In this document: piece by piece, positions 1 to 9,566 of the stretch | Position numbering within the stretch: position 1 is the first letter of the stretch | Layout: each line of letters starts with the position of its first letter | IMG/VR virus record: IMGVR_UViG_3300020050_011573 | DNA from: an uncultured virus (IMG/VR IMGVR_UViG_3300020050_011573) | Taxonomy: Duplodnaviria; Heunggongvirae; Uroviricota; Caudoviricetes | Length of the DNA stretch: 64,000 nt | Reading direction: 5' to 3' (one strand) | Translations under genes and position numbers: made by a program | Notes under the pieces: model-generated | What the model was told of the DNA's origin: nothing | Databases searched by the model: none | Seen by the model: only the letters and a program-made list of their open reading frames with translations

Positions 1-225
1 GACCACGGCAAGCCGATTCTGGCACCTGAATTCTTCCAGGTCAGTGAACTCGTAAACGCTGATTTCCTTTGGAACGGAAACGAATGGACTCCGCTCAGCC
101 AGGCGCAAACAACCATCTGGAATAGCGATCCGCAGTTCAAGGAAATTCGCGCAAACCAGATCCCCGAAGATGAGAAACAAGCAATTCAGACTGAAATCAA
201 CCGCCGAATCTATGGAGGCCGATAA
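1..225 (+). CDS. Partial hypothetical protein (5' truncated by window edge)
   Basis: Frame 1 is open from base 1 to TAA at 223-225, immediately before the next ATG at 227. Confidence 0.55.
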   Translation, partial: DHGKPILAPEFFQVSELVNADFLWNGNEWTPLSQAQTTIWNSDPQFKEIRANQIPEDEKQAIQTEINRRIYGGR

Positions 226-226
226 A

Positions 227-712
227 ATGCGTAAATCATTGAAAGCGTTGAGCGTAAAGCTGCCTTGGGCTTGGCTGATGTTTCCTGATTTAGTAAACCA
301 CTTCAACATGTCCAATGATCGAATTTACTGGATAAATCCAAAGGACATTGAGAACCGGTCTTATGACACAAATTGGCGCGGAACAATTGCCATCCAATGC
401 AGCAAACGGATTGAGCGTGAAGACATTTATCAGGCCGAAATGCTGATAAAAGAGCGAAATTTGAAGATTGCAATTCCAACATTGCAGCAACTGCAAATCT
501 TCGCTGGAAAGATCATCGGCACAGTGGACTTTGTGGATTGCGTCGAAGATTCAGATTCACCTTGGTTTGTTGGGCGCTATGGTTGGGTACTGAAAAACCC
601 AATCTCATTGCCTGAGCCGATCCCGCACCGTGGTTCAATCTCGCCAATTCTTTGGGACGTTCAGCCGGACGCCCTTGCGCAGATCAACAAACAGATTGGA
701 GGCAAACTATGA
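227..712 (+). CDS. ASCH-domain protein
   Basis: Motifs KALSVKLPWAWLM...KDIENRS..TNWRGTIAI and GWVLKNP..LPEPIP match phage ASCH proteins; GGAGG precedes ATG 227. Confidence 0.8.
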   Translation: MRKSLKALSVKLPWAWLMFPDLVNHFNMSNDRIYWINPKDIENRSYDTNWRGTIAIQCSKRIEREDIYQAEMLIKERNLKIAIPTLQQLQIFAGKIIGTVDFVDCVEDSDSPWFVGRYGWVLKNPISLPEPIPHRGSISPILWDVQPDALAQINKQIGGKL

Positions 713-839
713 CGCCAAAATTATCGAAATGGGGAAATGGAAATCTTTTGTGGGAAGCTGGCCACAGGAAGCTGTCACTACAACGGCAAGCGGATGGATT
801 TCTGTTCGGAGCATCACGATTATGGCAATTTCTTTGCAG

Positions 840-1061
840 ATGAGCCTGCTACCACAGACACGAAATCAATTGATGAACCAACGCCGAGCAGCGTTTGACC
901 GTTGGGAGTTTGTCCGGACCAAGCAATATCAGCTTTTGCGCCGCGTTGCTGGTAGGGAGTTGCTTCAAATCTCATTGAGCAAAGCGACTCTCTGCCAGTT
1001 GACAGAGCGCGGATTATTCCAACCGTACTGGCGCAATGCTGGCCAATGGAGAGATGAGTGA
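840..1061 (+). CDS. Hypothetical protein
   Basis: Distal part of ORF 630..1061; tightly coupled to neighbours; start uncertain. Confidence 0.35.
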   Translation: MSLLPQTRNQLMNQRRAAFDRWEFVRTKQYQLLRRVAGRELLQISLSKATLCQLTERGLFQPYWRNAGQWRDE

Positions 1062-1375
1062 TGACCAGATTTGAGGCATTGGGAGTGTTACCAGATAAAC
1101 CAGAATTGACAGCTTTTCGGTGGGAAAAAGAAAAAGTGCGTTATATCAAGATTGGACGTTTCCCGATGGAAGCAGTGGTTGACATGCTTCATCCAGATGG
1201 CAGCTATAAGCTACAAACAGGTTCATATCAAAAGAAGCTTTTGTTTGTAGTCAAGGTTTCGGTATCCCTTCCAGGTGGTGGCATTGGCAAATTATGGCTC
1301 AAGGCTGATAACCGAAAAGTCCGCCGCAACAAAAAACGTTTTGGCTGGAAATTCAAAAGCGACAAAACACAATGA
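1058..1375 (+). CDS. Hypothetical protein
   Basis: 105-aa ORF with ATGA overlap into the methyltransferase gene. Confidence 0.55.
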   Translation: MMTRFEALGVLPDKPELTAFRWEKEKVRYIKIGRFPMEAVVDMLHPDGSYKLQTGSYQKKLLFVVKVSVSLPGGGIGKLWLKADNRKVRRNKKRFGWKFKSDKTQ

Positions 1376-2385
1376 CTGCCTACTACAACGAACACGATCC
1401 GAAAACAGCCGCGTGGCTGCGCGAGTTGATCAAGGCGGACTTGATTGCCCCCGGCGACGTGGACGAAAGGAGTATTGAAGATGTTTTACCAAGCGAGCTT
1501 GCTGGATATACCCAGTGTCATTTCTTCGCCGGCATTGGCGTCTGGTCTTACGCCCTGCGCTGCGCAGGCTGGCCCGACAGCCGCCCGGTCTGGACTGGCT
1601 CCTGCCCCTGTCAACCTTTCAGCGCGGCAGGCAAAAGAGGCGGGACTTCTGACGAGCGGCACTTATGGCCAGCGTTCCACTGGCTCATCAGCCAGCGAAG
1701 ACCTAATGTTGTCTTTGGTGAACAGGTTGAAAGCAAGGACGGACGTGCTTGGCTCGACACTGTTCAAGCTGACCTGGAAGCAGCTTCATATGCATTCGGG
1801 GCGGTCGGTCTGTGTGCTGCGGGCGTCGGCGCGCCGCACATCCGGGGAAGGCTTTTCTTCGTGGCCGACGCCTTGCCAACAGGCCGGGCCGAACGGCGGG
1901 CCGAATCAGGGGGCGGACAGGTTGCCGGGAACAGCGTTATTGGCGGGCTGGCAATCGCCAACAGTCACAGCCATCGGGCGAACGGATCAGGAAGCGAAAG
2001 AGAAGCGGGCGGAGTTTCGGAAGCGAATTGGGCGGAAGAGTCTTGCGCCGGGGAACCTGGAAGAGCAGGTGATTCTTTATGCGCCGTGGGCAACGCCAGC
2101 AGCCAGGGACTTCAAAAGCGAATCAGCCACCGACGAATTCAATCAACAGAGGTGGGATCATCCAAGGGGCAAGCCGCTGTCAGCCGAAGTGCTACTAACG
2201 GATTCTGGGCAAACGTCGAATGGCTGCATTGCCAAGACGGAAAATTCCGGCCAACTCAACCCGGCCTTTTCCCGCTGGCTAATGGGGCTGCCGCCCGCGT
2301 GGGACGACTGCGCGGTTATGGCAATGCCATCGTCGCGCCGGTTGCGGAAGAATTCATAAGAGCTTATTTGGAAGTCACACAATGA
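1372..2385 (+). CDS. DNA (cytosine-5) methyltransferase, large (alpha) polypeptide
   Basis: Motif I FFAGIG, IV GSCPCQPFS, VI EQV, VIII PHIRGRLFF, X LRGYGNAIV; no obvious motif IX in this frame. Confidence 0.88.
   Translation: MTAYYNEHDPKTAAWLRELIKADLIAPGDVDERSIEDVLPSELAGYTQCHFFAGIGVWSYALRCAGWPDSRPVWTGSCPCQPFSAAGKRGGTSDERHLWPAFHWLISQRRPNVVFGEQVESKDGRAWLDTVQADLEAASYAFGAVGLCAAGVGAPHIRGRLFFVADALPTGRAERRAESGGGQVAGNSVIGGLAIANSHSHRANGSGSEREAGGVSEANWAEESCAGEPGRAGDSLCAVGNASSQGLQKRISHRRIQSTEVGSSKGQAAVSRSATNGFWANVEWLHCQDGKFRPTQPGLFPLANGAAARVGRLRGYGNAIVAPVAEEFIRAYLEVTQ
1445..2359 (+). CDS. Overlapping alternative-frame C5 methyltransferase beta polypeptide (motif IX donor)
   Basis: 304-aa +1-frame ORF fully nested in the MTase gene, with repeated WPTP/WQSP/WATP units and C-terminal GQLNPAFSRWLMGLPPAW (motif IX-like); start uncertain. 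Confidence 0.7.
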   Translation: MPPATWTKGVLKMFYQASLLDIPSVISSPALASGLTPCAAQAGPTAARSGLAPAPVNLSARQAKEAGLLTSGTYGQRSTGSSASEDLMLSLVNRLKARTDVLGSTLFKLTWKQLHMHSGRSVCVLRASARRTSGEGFSSWPTPCQQAGPNGGPNQGADRLPGTALLAGWQSPTVTAIGRTDQEAKEKRAEFRKRIGRKSLAPGNLEEQVILYAPWATPAARDFKSESATDEFNQQRWDHPRGKPLSAEVLLTDSGQTSNGCIAKTENSGQLNPAFSRWLMGLPPAWDDCAVMAMPSSRRLRKNS

Positions 2386-4304
2386 ACCACACAGACAAAG
2401 AGAACAGGCCGAAGGCAACGCCCCCCAGGTTTGAGAACTGCCCCCAGGAATTGCGCGCTTTGCCCCAGTGGGTAATGTGGCGCTTCATCTACAAAGGCAC
2501 GGCATGGGCAAAAGTTCCGTTGACGGTGACAGGTGATTCAGCTAGCTCCACGAACCCGGAAACCTGGTCTTCATATCAGGACGTCATCTTTGCCTACAAT
2601 CAGAAACAAGGCTTCTATGATGGCATCGGCCTTGTCTTTACCCGTGAGTCTGGAATTGTCGGTGTTGACGTTGACGAGTGCGTAACGTGGGCAGAAGAAC
2701 CCATCAAATGGACAGAAGAGAAAACAGTTCGCCCCAAGTTTGATCCGTGGGCAACCAGGCTCTTACTCAGGCTTGGCGAGGTTTACAGCGAATTCTCTCC
2801 ATCACGCACAGGGTTGCATTTCTATGTAAAGGCCAACCCAGAGGCAGCCTGTAAACACAGTGAATCCGGTATCGAGATTTACGCCGAGGCTCGTTACTTC
2901 ACTTTCACGGGCGATGTTCTCAACGATGGACCCATCGAAGACCGCACAGTCGAAGTGAATGAAATCATTGTCGGCCTTCAGCGTTTGCGCGAAAAGGGAA
3001 AAGAGCAAGCCGCGACGGACCGACCAGCACCAGCAAATAAGCCCAAAAGCACACATCACGGCATTGATGAGCTTCTCAAAATTGCTGGGAACGCTTCCAA
3101 CGGCGAGGCAATCAAAAAGCTGATGGATGGTGAGTTTGAAAGCTACGGTAGCCGCAGCGAGGCAGATATGGCCTTGGCTCGTTATCTGGCGTTCTACAGC
3201 GGCGGACATCGGCTCGTGCTAAATGAACTAATGCGCCGGTCAAAACTTGTCCGCGACAAATGGGAAAAGGTTTCTGATTCAAAAACTGGCCGCACCTACC
3301 TTGAACTGCTGATTGATAAAGTCATCGAGTCAGAGAGCGACTTTTTCAAACCAGCAAAAACCCTATTCAATTTCTCCGAAGCAAAGCCCCAGCATCGAGA
3401 CAGCGGCGAGAGACGCTCCAGACGGTACAAACTCCAGGAGCTTGGCGAACAGGCTTTGAAATATCGCACTGATCCGCAGGCACGAGGCTTGGAGTGTGGC
3501 GGAAACTTCGATGAGCTTGACCAGCTTTACCGGCCCCGAAGAAAACTCAACACGGTTGTTGTGGGAGCGCCGGCAGCAGGCAAGACCACATTCGTTTTGA
3601 ATTACCTCTATCACTTTTGCAAGAAGAACCAGTTACGAGCAGGCTTGGCAAGCTTCGAGAACGATCCGGTAGACCTGACGCACACACTGGTTCAATGCCA
3701 CCTTGGAAAGCCGACTTTTCCCGAAATGGCCAACTGCTGCACCGATGAGGAATTCCGGCAGGCACTGGACGAGATTGGCGGAATGTTTGAAGTGTACGCG
3801 CCAAGCTGGGACGAGAAGAACATTACCGCACTCTCCGAATTCTGGGATGACTCGATTGCTGAGACTGGCTTGGACTGCATTTACCTTGATCCGTTTACGG
3901 AGCTTCAGCCACCCGAAAAGCTTATCGGCAAATACACCGATTTTGCGAGCGGAGAGTTATCCCGATTTACGCACTTCACCCAGGCACGAGCGGTAATGAG
4001 TTGGTTGGTTTGCCACCCAACAAAGAATTTCGACCGTCAGGGAGGCTTGCGATTGTGGAACATCAACGGAAGCGGCGATTTCGAGCGTAAGGCTGATTTT
4101 GGCATTGTGCTGACCAGGCCAGAGCGCCAGTTGGCAGTAGATGTGCAAAAGGTCAGGCATCCCCGCACAGGTTGCCCAGGCATCGTTGCGTTTGAGTATC
4201 GGCAGCAGAAAGCGTTTTACGAGCCAACTAATTACATCATCCCAGAGGCAGCAGCGAAAAAGCCATATCGCCAAAAAGCTTTTTATGCGAAAAAACCATT
4301 TTAG
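2382..4304 (+). CDS. Primase-polymerase (NrS-1-like PrimPol) fused to SF4 DnaB-like helicase
   Basis: N-terminal PQWVMWR, KVP, GIGLVF, GVDVD, SPSRTGLH, EIY..RYFTFTG; helical SRSEADMAL domain; C-terminal GAPAAGKTT, SFEN, LDP, VCHP, NGSGDF, KVRH. Confidence 0.85.
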   Translation: MNHTDKENRPKATPPRFENCPQELRALPQWVMWRFIYKGTAWAKVPLTVTGDSASSTNPETWSSYQDVIFAYNQKQGFYDGIGLVFTRESGIVGVDVDECVTWAEEPIKWTEEKTVRPKFDPWATRLLLRLGEVYSEFSPSRTGLHFYVKANPEAACKHSESGIEIYAEARYFTFTGDVLNDGPIEDRTVEVNEIIVGLQRLREKGKEQAATDRPAPANKPKSTHHGIDELLKIAGNASNGEAIKKLMDGEFESYGSRSEADMALARYLAFYSGGHRLVLNELMRRSKLVRDKWEKVSDSKTGRTYLELLIDKVIESESDFFKPAKTLFNFSEAKPQHRDSGERRSRRYKLQELGEQALKYRTDPQARGLECGGNFDELDQLYRPRRKLNTVVVGAPAAGKTTFVLNYLYHFCKKNQLRAGLASFENDPVDLTHTLVQCHLGKPTFPEMANCCTDEEFRQALDEIGGMFEVYAPSWDEKNITALSEFWDDSIAETGLDCIYLDPFTELQPPEKLIGKYTDFASGELSRFTHFTQARAVMSWLVCHPTKNFDRQGGLRLWNINGSGDFERKADFGIVLTRPERQLAVDVQKVRHPRTGCPGIVAFEYRQQKAFYEPTNYIIPEAAAKKPYRQKAFYAKKPF

Positions 4305-4307
4305 GGC

Positions 4308-4346
4308 TTGCGCCTAGAAACCATTAAGCGTATAAAGAACTCGCCC
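4308..4346 (+). promoter_or_regulatory. Sigma70-like promoter, copy 1 of a conserved phage promoter
   Basis: TTGCGC-N17-TATAAA followed by GAACTCGCCC; near-identical element at 63959. Confidence 0.7.
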
Positions 4347-4361
4347 CAGAAAGGAAAGAAA

Positions 4362-4544
4362 ATGTTTGAATTGAGAATCTTGCAAATTGATGCTGAATTT
4401 CCAGCTTGCCCGCGATGTGAAATGAACGAGTTATCAAGCGACGATGTTGTCTGTGTTGCTTGTCGCGCTGAATTGGACGCTGAAACCGCGCCAGCAAAAA
4501 CCTTTGTCGGCGCTGGCCCAGACGAAGATGGAGAGATTCTTTGA
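4362..4544 (+). CDS. Small Zn-finger protein
   Basis: CPRC...CVAC; AAGGA SD before ATG 4362. Confidence 0.6.
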   Translation: MFELRILQIDAEFPACPRCEMNELSSDDVVCVACRAELDAETAPAKTFVGAGPDEDGEIL

Positions 4545-4759
4545 TTATCAAAGCAATTCAAGTTGTTTACGGTCGAACAGTACAACTTGCTCCATTCCAA
4601 TCATATCACGGGGAAGTAACTATCACCGCTGATCTTGAAGAGATGGAGCAACCCAGCACAGCAATTAAGCAATTAACCGAGACTGCAAAAGCCGCAGTCA
4701 GAAAAGAAGCGATAAGCTTGCAGGAGCAATATCGCGCAAAACAACAGAACGGAGAATAA
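4541..4759 (+). CDS. Hypothetical protein
   Basis: 72-aa ORF packed between neighbours. Confidence 0.6.
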   Translation: MIIKAIQVVYGRTVQLAPFQSYHGEVTITADLEEMEQPSTAIKQLTETAKAAVRKEAISLQEQYRAKQQNGE

Positions 4760-4760
4760 A

Positions 4761-6302
4761 ATGGCCTTTGTACCAAGCAAATATCAGGAAGAGATTTTCA
4801 AATGGATGCGCGATCCGCAAGGCAGTCTATCTGTAGACGCCAAAGCAGGCGCAGCCAAAACCACCACCGCAGTAATGGGAATGAGCATGTTGCCCGGTAA
4901 GCTGTATAACAAGCTGTTTGCCGCGTTCAACAAGTCCATCGTGGACGAACTCAAAAAGAAGCTGCCTCAGTCTGTTACCTGCCAGACGATGCACAGCTTG
5001 GGATACGCGGCCCTTCGTGCCGGAGTCTCAGGCGTTCGCAAATGGGACTTGGAGAACGGCAACACCAAGTACCGCTACATGGCGCGTGATATTCGCGTTG
5101 AACCTCAGTACGGCGACAAAAAGGCGGTTCAAGATGCGCTGCTTTCCCTGCTCAATTTCGCACAGTTGACAATGACCCCGCTCGACGTGGACTCATTGGT
5201 TGAAATGGCCGAGCGGTTCAACGTCGAACTCCCTTCCACGATGCCACTGGATCAAGCCTGCGAGATTGTGAAGGGAATGCTCGAACACGGACGATCCCAG
5301 GCCGAAGAAGGCTTAATCAGTTTCAGCGATATGATTTACATGCCGTTGCTGATGGAGTTGAACATTCCCAAATATGATTTCATTGCGCTGGACGAATGCC
5401 AGGACTTGAACAAAGCCCAAATGACGTTGATGGCTCGCGCAATGGCCAAAGGCGGCAATATGCTGGCCGTTGGCGATCCGAACCAGGCAATCTATGGATT
5501 TGCTGGCGCCGAGGCTGATAGCTTCTTCCAGGTGCGCGACCATTTCAAAGCGGCATCACTTCCGCTCAATTTCTGCTACCGCTGCCCGGAGAGTGTCATC
5601 AAAGAAGCGCAGAAGATTGTCCCGGGCATCGAAGCGCCGCCGAACACTCGTGTTGGCATCGTGGACACCATCACCGAGGAAACTTTCAAGCAGCAGCTTC
5701 GTCGTGGTGATATGGTCCTTTGTCGCACAACGGCCCCGCTTATCAAGCTGTGTTTTGAGCTTATCAGTCGCCGCATTCAGGCTAAGGTCAAAGGCAGGGA
5801 CATCGGCGCAAGTATGGCGAACACGATTCGCACGATCATGAAACGTCAATATGATGTGAAACAGTTCCCCGGTCTGGCTCAAGAATATCTGATTTCTCAG
5901 CTTGCAGCACTCAGGCAACGGCTTGGCTCAGAGAGCGCGCAGGAAAGTGTTACCGATCGTGTGGAGTGCCTGCAAATCTGCTACACGAGCTTTGAGCCGC
6001 GCAGTGTTGAAGATTTTACACGCCAGGTATCAGACCTGTTCGCCGATGATGGCAAATCGCCGATTACGCTTTGTACCGTCCATCGTGCAAAAGGACTGGA
6101 GAATCCGCGAGTTTTCATCATCAAGCCGGAAAAGCTGCCGCTCATCTGGAAAAACCAGTCGCCGACGCAAATGCAGCAGGAGATGAACCTTCGATACGTT
6201 GCGATCACGCGGGCGCAAGAAGAATTGTACTTCGTGGAGTCGGCCCCCGAAGGCGATGGAATGACAATGAGCAACCCCGGAATTCCCGGAATATCGGTTT
6301 AA
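4761..6302 (+). CDS. UvrD/Rep-like SF1 helicase
   Basis: Walker A-like AGAAKTT, AFN, TMHSLG, LDECQDL, VGDPNQAIYGFAGA, YRCP, TVHRAKGLE, YVAITRA. Confidence 0.9.
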   Translation: MAFVPSKYQEEIFKWMRDPQGSLSVDAKAGAAKTTTAVMGMSMLPGKLYNKLFAAFNKSIVDELKKKLPQSVTCQTMHSLGYAALRAGVSGVRKWDLENGNTKYRYMARDIRVEPQYGDKKAVQDALLSLLNFAQLTMTPLDVDSLVEMAERFNVELPSTMPLDQACEIVKGMLEHGRSQAEEGLISFSDMIYMPLLMELNIPKYDFIALDECQDLNKAQMTLMARAMAKGGNMLAVGDPNQAIYGFAGAEADSFFQVRDHFKAASLPLNFCYRCPESVIKEAQKIVPGIEAPPNTRVGIVDTITEETFKQQLRRGDMVLCRTTAPLIKLCFELISRRIQAKVKGRDIGASMANTIRTIMKRQYDVKQFPGLAQEYLISQLAALRQRLGSESAQESVTDRVECLQICYTSFEPRSVEDFTRQVSDLFADDGKSPITLCTVHRAKGLENPRVFIIKPEKLPLIWKNQSPTQMQQEMNLRYVAITRAQEELYFVESAPEGDGMTMSNPGIPGISV

Positions 6303-6304
6303 CA

Positions 6305-6724
6305 ATGACTGAGAAATCACGCAAAAAAATTGTCATCTTCCTGACCGATGAGGAACATCTTCGAGTGGGAGAAATGGCTGAATTGGTTGGAGCAACCGCC
6401 CCGAACATGATCCGCCGCTTGCTCCATTCACAAAACAAGCGGCTTGGTGACAACTACGACCCCAGATTGTTTCAGGACCAGGCGAACCCAGGAACACCCG
6501 GGAAGCTGCCATCTTGGAACAGGCTGGCCACGATCCTTAAACGCGAACCGTCAGTGACAGAGGCAGTTCGCACAATTGCTCAGAAATTCAAATGCAGTGA
6601 AAACCGAGTCTGGATAAGGCTCAGAAAGGAAAAAAATGAAAATGGACACGACTACAAATCAATTGTCGGAATCAACCGACGACCTGACAACGACGGCGAT
6701 CATTCGAGATTATCCACTATTTGA
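6305..6724 (+). CDS. Putative DNA-binding protein (ribbon-helix-helix-like N-terminus)
   Basis: KKIVIFLTDEEH...MIRRLL pattern; ATG 6305 follows the helicase stop. Confidence 0.45.
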   Translation: MTEKSRKKIVIFLTDEEHLRVGEMAELVGATAPNMIRRLLHSQNKRLGDNYDPRLFQDQANPGTPGKLPSWNRLATILKREPSVTEAVRTIAQKFKCSENRVWIRLRKEKNENGHDYKSIVGINRRPDNDGDHSRLSTI

Positions 6725-7079
6725 GGAAATCGAGAACTCCGAAGCCAAGCGCATCATCGCGGAGGCTTTTGACTCAACCACAGGTATGCGCGCTGAGTTT
6801 TTGAAATGGGCATTTGCCGCAAATGTCGCCAAGGTGCAGGGAGAGAAGGGCGGGCTCGCCTATGAACTGCCCAACGGTGTGAGCCTTCGACCGGAAGCAA
6901 TGGACATGCTGGAAGAGGATTTAATTGCTCGTGCTTATGCCTTACCAGCAGATGCGCCGGTTGTTCCAATGCCAGGAGTTTTCAAGACCTCATTGGAAGG
7001 CTATGCAAACTTCTACAAAAATCGTTTCGCTGAATATCTGGAAACCCTGAAAACCCAACTTCTTTTTGCTCAACTGTAA
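6636..7079 (+). CDS. Hypothetical protein
   Basis: 147-aa ORF with normal composition. Confidence 0.6.
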   Translation: MKMDTTTNQLSESTDDLTTTAIIRDYPLFEEIENSEAKRIIAEAFDSTTGMRAEFLKWAFAANVAKVQGEKGGLAYELPNGVSLRPEAMDMLEEDLIARAYALPADAPVVPMPGVFKTSLEGYANFYKNRFAEYLETLKTQLLFAQL

Positions 7080-7139
7080 TTATCTGGCTTTATCGCCAGC
7101 AACCCGAAATAGCCCGAATAACCCAAAAAGGAAAATACA

Positions 7140-7904
7140 ATGCAATTCGTAAAATCAACATCAACGTTTGAACTGCCGCCCGAAGGAAATCAGCCCGCCG
7201 TTATTGCGGAAGTCGGTTTTGCAATGATCGAAAATCGCTTCAGCAAACGGAAGGAAAAAGAAAAGGAACTGAAACTTGTTCTGTCCTTCGAGTTGGCAGC
7301 AGAGAACAAAAAGGGAGAGCGATTCATCAAGGACATTGAGCTGTTTCCCCAGATCACCACAAAGAACATGCCCGGTAAATTGCTGGCTTCGCTCGCCGGC
7401 TATAACGAGAAAACGCTTCTCAGCCAGGAAAAGCTTAACGCTTGGGTTTATTGGCTGTTAGGCGATTACGTCCAACGCAATGACGAGGGCGAGTTGATCC
7501 TGGACGAAGAAGGCCGATTTCAGACAAAGGAATTCGAGGAAGGCTCAACTGAAGAAGATTTGATTCGCTGGTTCAACAAGATGACCGAGCCGCCGTGTGT
7601 GGGCAAGACGTGCTTCGTGCAGATCGTCTACAACGAAAACGAGACGAGCGGAAAGACTTACGCCAACATCAAAAATCTGTACGCCAACGCGAAGTTGAAC
7701 GACAACAGAGAAGTGATGCGCGATCCGGAGACGAAGAAGATGATTCCGGCTTTTCAACTGCAGTTGTCCGGTAAGTACGTGCCTTACGCAAAACGTATGA
7801 AGGAAATGCAGGACCGGATGAATAGCCGCTCAAACGGCGATAGCAAACCCGCCGCAACCAAGTCGAAGAAAACGGAAGTTGAGGAAGGCGACATTCCGTT
7901 TTAG
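7140..7904 (+). CDS. Phage single-stranded DNA-binding-like protein
   Basis: FELPPEG start, VGKTCFVQIV..TYANIK, acidic C-terminal tail EEGDIPF typical of SSBs. Confidence 0.65.
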   Translation: MQFVKSTSTFELPPEGNQPAVIAEVGFAMIENRFSKRKEKEKELKLVLSFELAAENKKGERFIKDIELFPQITTKNMPGKLLASLAGYNEKTLLSQEKLNAWVYWLLGDYVQRNDEGELILDEEGRFQTKEFEEGSTEEDLIRWFNKMTEPPCVGKTCFVQIVYNENETSGKTYANIKNLYANAKLNDNREVMRDPETKKMIPAFQLQLSGKYVPYAKRMKEMQDRMNSRSNGDSKPAATKSKKTEVEEGDIPF

Positions 7905-8007
7905 TCAGCGAGCCGTGTCCCGGTAGTTGACTAATGGCCAGCGGAAGAGGGAGCCAACCGCAAACCTTCCGCTGGCGCTTTTATTCATTCAGGAGGCAAA
8001 CAATCGT

Positions 8008-8649
8008 ATGAAGGCGGAAATGCTGCATGCACTGCTGGAAACAGTAATGGATCGTCTCGATAACCCGCTGATCGAGTTTCAGCCGATCGAGGTGGAACTG
8101 AAAGACCCTTTGGCCAGCGAACGAATGTTGAAGAAAATCGGCATTCTCCGCACAATGAAATGTGACATTCAGCCCGAGCTTTACGACTGGCTGAAGATCC
8201 TGCCAGAGAACGCAATCCTTCGCGGAATCATCTGGCTGGAAGAAGCGGACGAAGCCGAGCAGGGAAGCGAAAAGCCGGTCAGCATCCTGAAACGCAAGAA
8301 AGGGGAAAAGCCGCCAGTGGGACCGTATGCCAAATTCTGGGAAGAACTCTTTCTTGAAGGCATCATCAGCAATCCCCTGATGATGGAGCTATTCCTGATC
8401 GAGCCAGGCTTAGCCGATTGGGAATCAAAGGTTGTCAAGCCGTGGCAATCCCAGGGCGCAAATTTGGTATCTGACGTGGCGCCAGAGCTATTGTTGACAT
8501 TGATCCGGGATTACTATTTGGGGGTAGCAGAGCCATTAGACGAAACAGGGAAAAAAGCGATTGAACTTATTGCCGAAATCCGGCTGATCGAAGAGAAGAT
8601 CAAACCGGCTTACGCTCCAAACCAGTACATTGACCCGACCGAACTTTAA
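8008..8649 (+). CDS. Hypothetical protein
   Basis: AGGAGG SD before ATG 8008. Confidence 0.6.
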   Translation: MKAEMLHALLETVMDRLDNPLIEFQPIEVELKDPLASERMLKKIGILRTMKCDIQPELYDWLKILPENAILRGIIWLEEADEAEQGSEKPVSILKRKKGEKPPVGPYAKFWEELFLEGIISNPLMMELFLIEPGLADWESKVVKPWQSQGANLVSDVAPELLLTLIRDYYLGVAEPLDETGKKAIELIAEIRLIEEKIKPAYAPNQYIDPTEL

Positions 8650-8660
8650 GGAGAATTATT

Positions 8661-8786
8661 GTGGAAAGTTACCTTCTGACGGTGGACACCAAGAAATTCG
8701 GCAAATTGCTGGAAGCCATCGAAAAGCCTCAGTTTGTTGTGATCGTTCCCAAGGTGACTGCCAAGATTAACCCGGTAAAGAAATGA
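8661..8786 (+). CDS. Small hypothetical protein (41 aa, not in ORF track)
   Basis: AAGGAG SD, GTG start, ATGA overlap with the next gene. Confidence 0.5.
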   Translation: MESYLLTVDTKKFGKLLEAIEKPQFVVIVPKVTAKINPVKK

Positions 8787-9187
8787 GCAAGGGAACCGAA
8801 TACATTACCCGTGAGCAGTTGACCGACTGGCAAGGGCAAATTGGCAAGAAGAAGGTTGTCCACGAAAAGCCCAAGACCGATTACAAGGCGATCTTCCTTC
8901 AACAGCTTAAACTTGCCGGTTTGCCCGCGCCAGAACTCGAATTGAAGTTTCACCCAACTCGAAAATGGCGCTTTGACTTTGCATGGCCGGAAATCAAGTT
9001 GGCAGTTGAATACCATGGCATTTTTGGCAAAGTGAAAATGGGACACCAGCAAATTCAAAGCCTGCTCAGAGATTACGAAAAATCTTCTGAGGCTGCATTG
9101 CTTGGCTGGCGACTCATTACGATTACCAGCAAAACCGTGGAAAATGGTCAGGCACTCGCATGGGTAGAACGAGCCTGGAAATCGTGA
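8783..9187 (+). CDS. PD-(D/E)XK family phage endonuclease
   Basis: FHPTRKWRFDFAWPEIKLAVEYHG...DYEK...AALLGWRLI. Confidence 0.8.
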   Translation: MSKGTEYITREQLTDWQGQIGKKKVVHEKPKTDYKAIFLQQLKLAGLPAPELELKFHPTRKWRFDFAWPEIKLAVEYHGIFGKVKMGHQQIQSLLRDYEKSSEAALLGWRLITITSKTVENGQALAWVERAWKS

Positions 9188-9249
9188 AGGATTGACGCAT
9201 CTGCTACAATCTCACCGGAGGCATAACAACCTTTGGGAGATTGATCTTT

Positions 9250-9519
9250 ATGAACACTGAAACTTGGAGCAACATCATCGGCTCAGTTGTCCGTTTTGCT
9301 TTAGGTGGACTGGCTGGCACACTCGCCAGCAAAGGCGTTATCACCGCCAGCCAGGGAGATTTCATCATTCTGGAAATTTCCGCCATCGCAGTCACTGCCG
9401 TTGGCCTGATTTGGGCTTACATCAAAAACAAAACTCAGACGCAACTCGTTCAGGCCGCGCTTGCTGCTCCAGCGGGAACCCGTCTCGAAGTTGTCAAAGA
9501 CCGCATCGAAAACCAGTAG
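9250..9519 (+). CDS. Putative holin
   Basis: 89 aa, two hydrophobic segments (VRFALGGLAGTLA; ILEISAIAVTAVGLIWAYI), charged C-terminus. Confidence 0.65.
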   Translation: MNTETWSNIIGSVVRFALGGLAGTLASKGVITASQGDFIILEISAIAVTAVGLIWAYIKNKTQTQLVQAALAAPAGTRLEVVKDRIENQ

Positions 9520-9566
9520 GGAAGGGAAGCATCCACCCTCAACAATCAACCCTTAACAGGAGGCTT

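Noticed and set aside
9264..9566. N-terminal 101 aa of ORF 9264..10298
   Set aside because: Off-frame shadow of the holin; SD and lipoprotein signal support ATG 9567.
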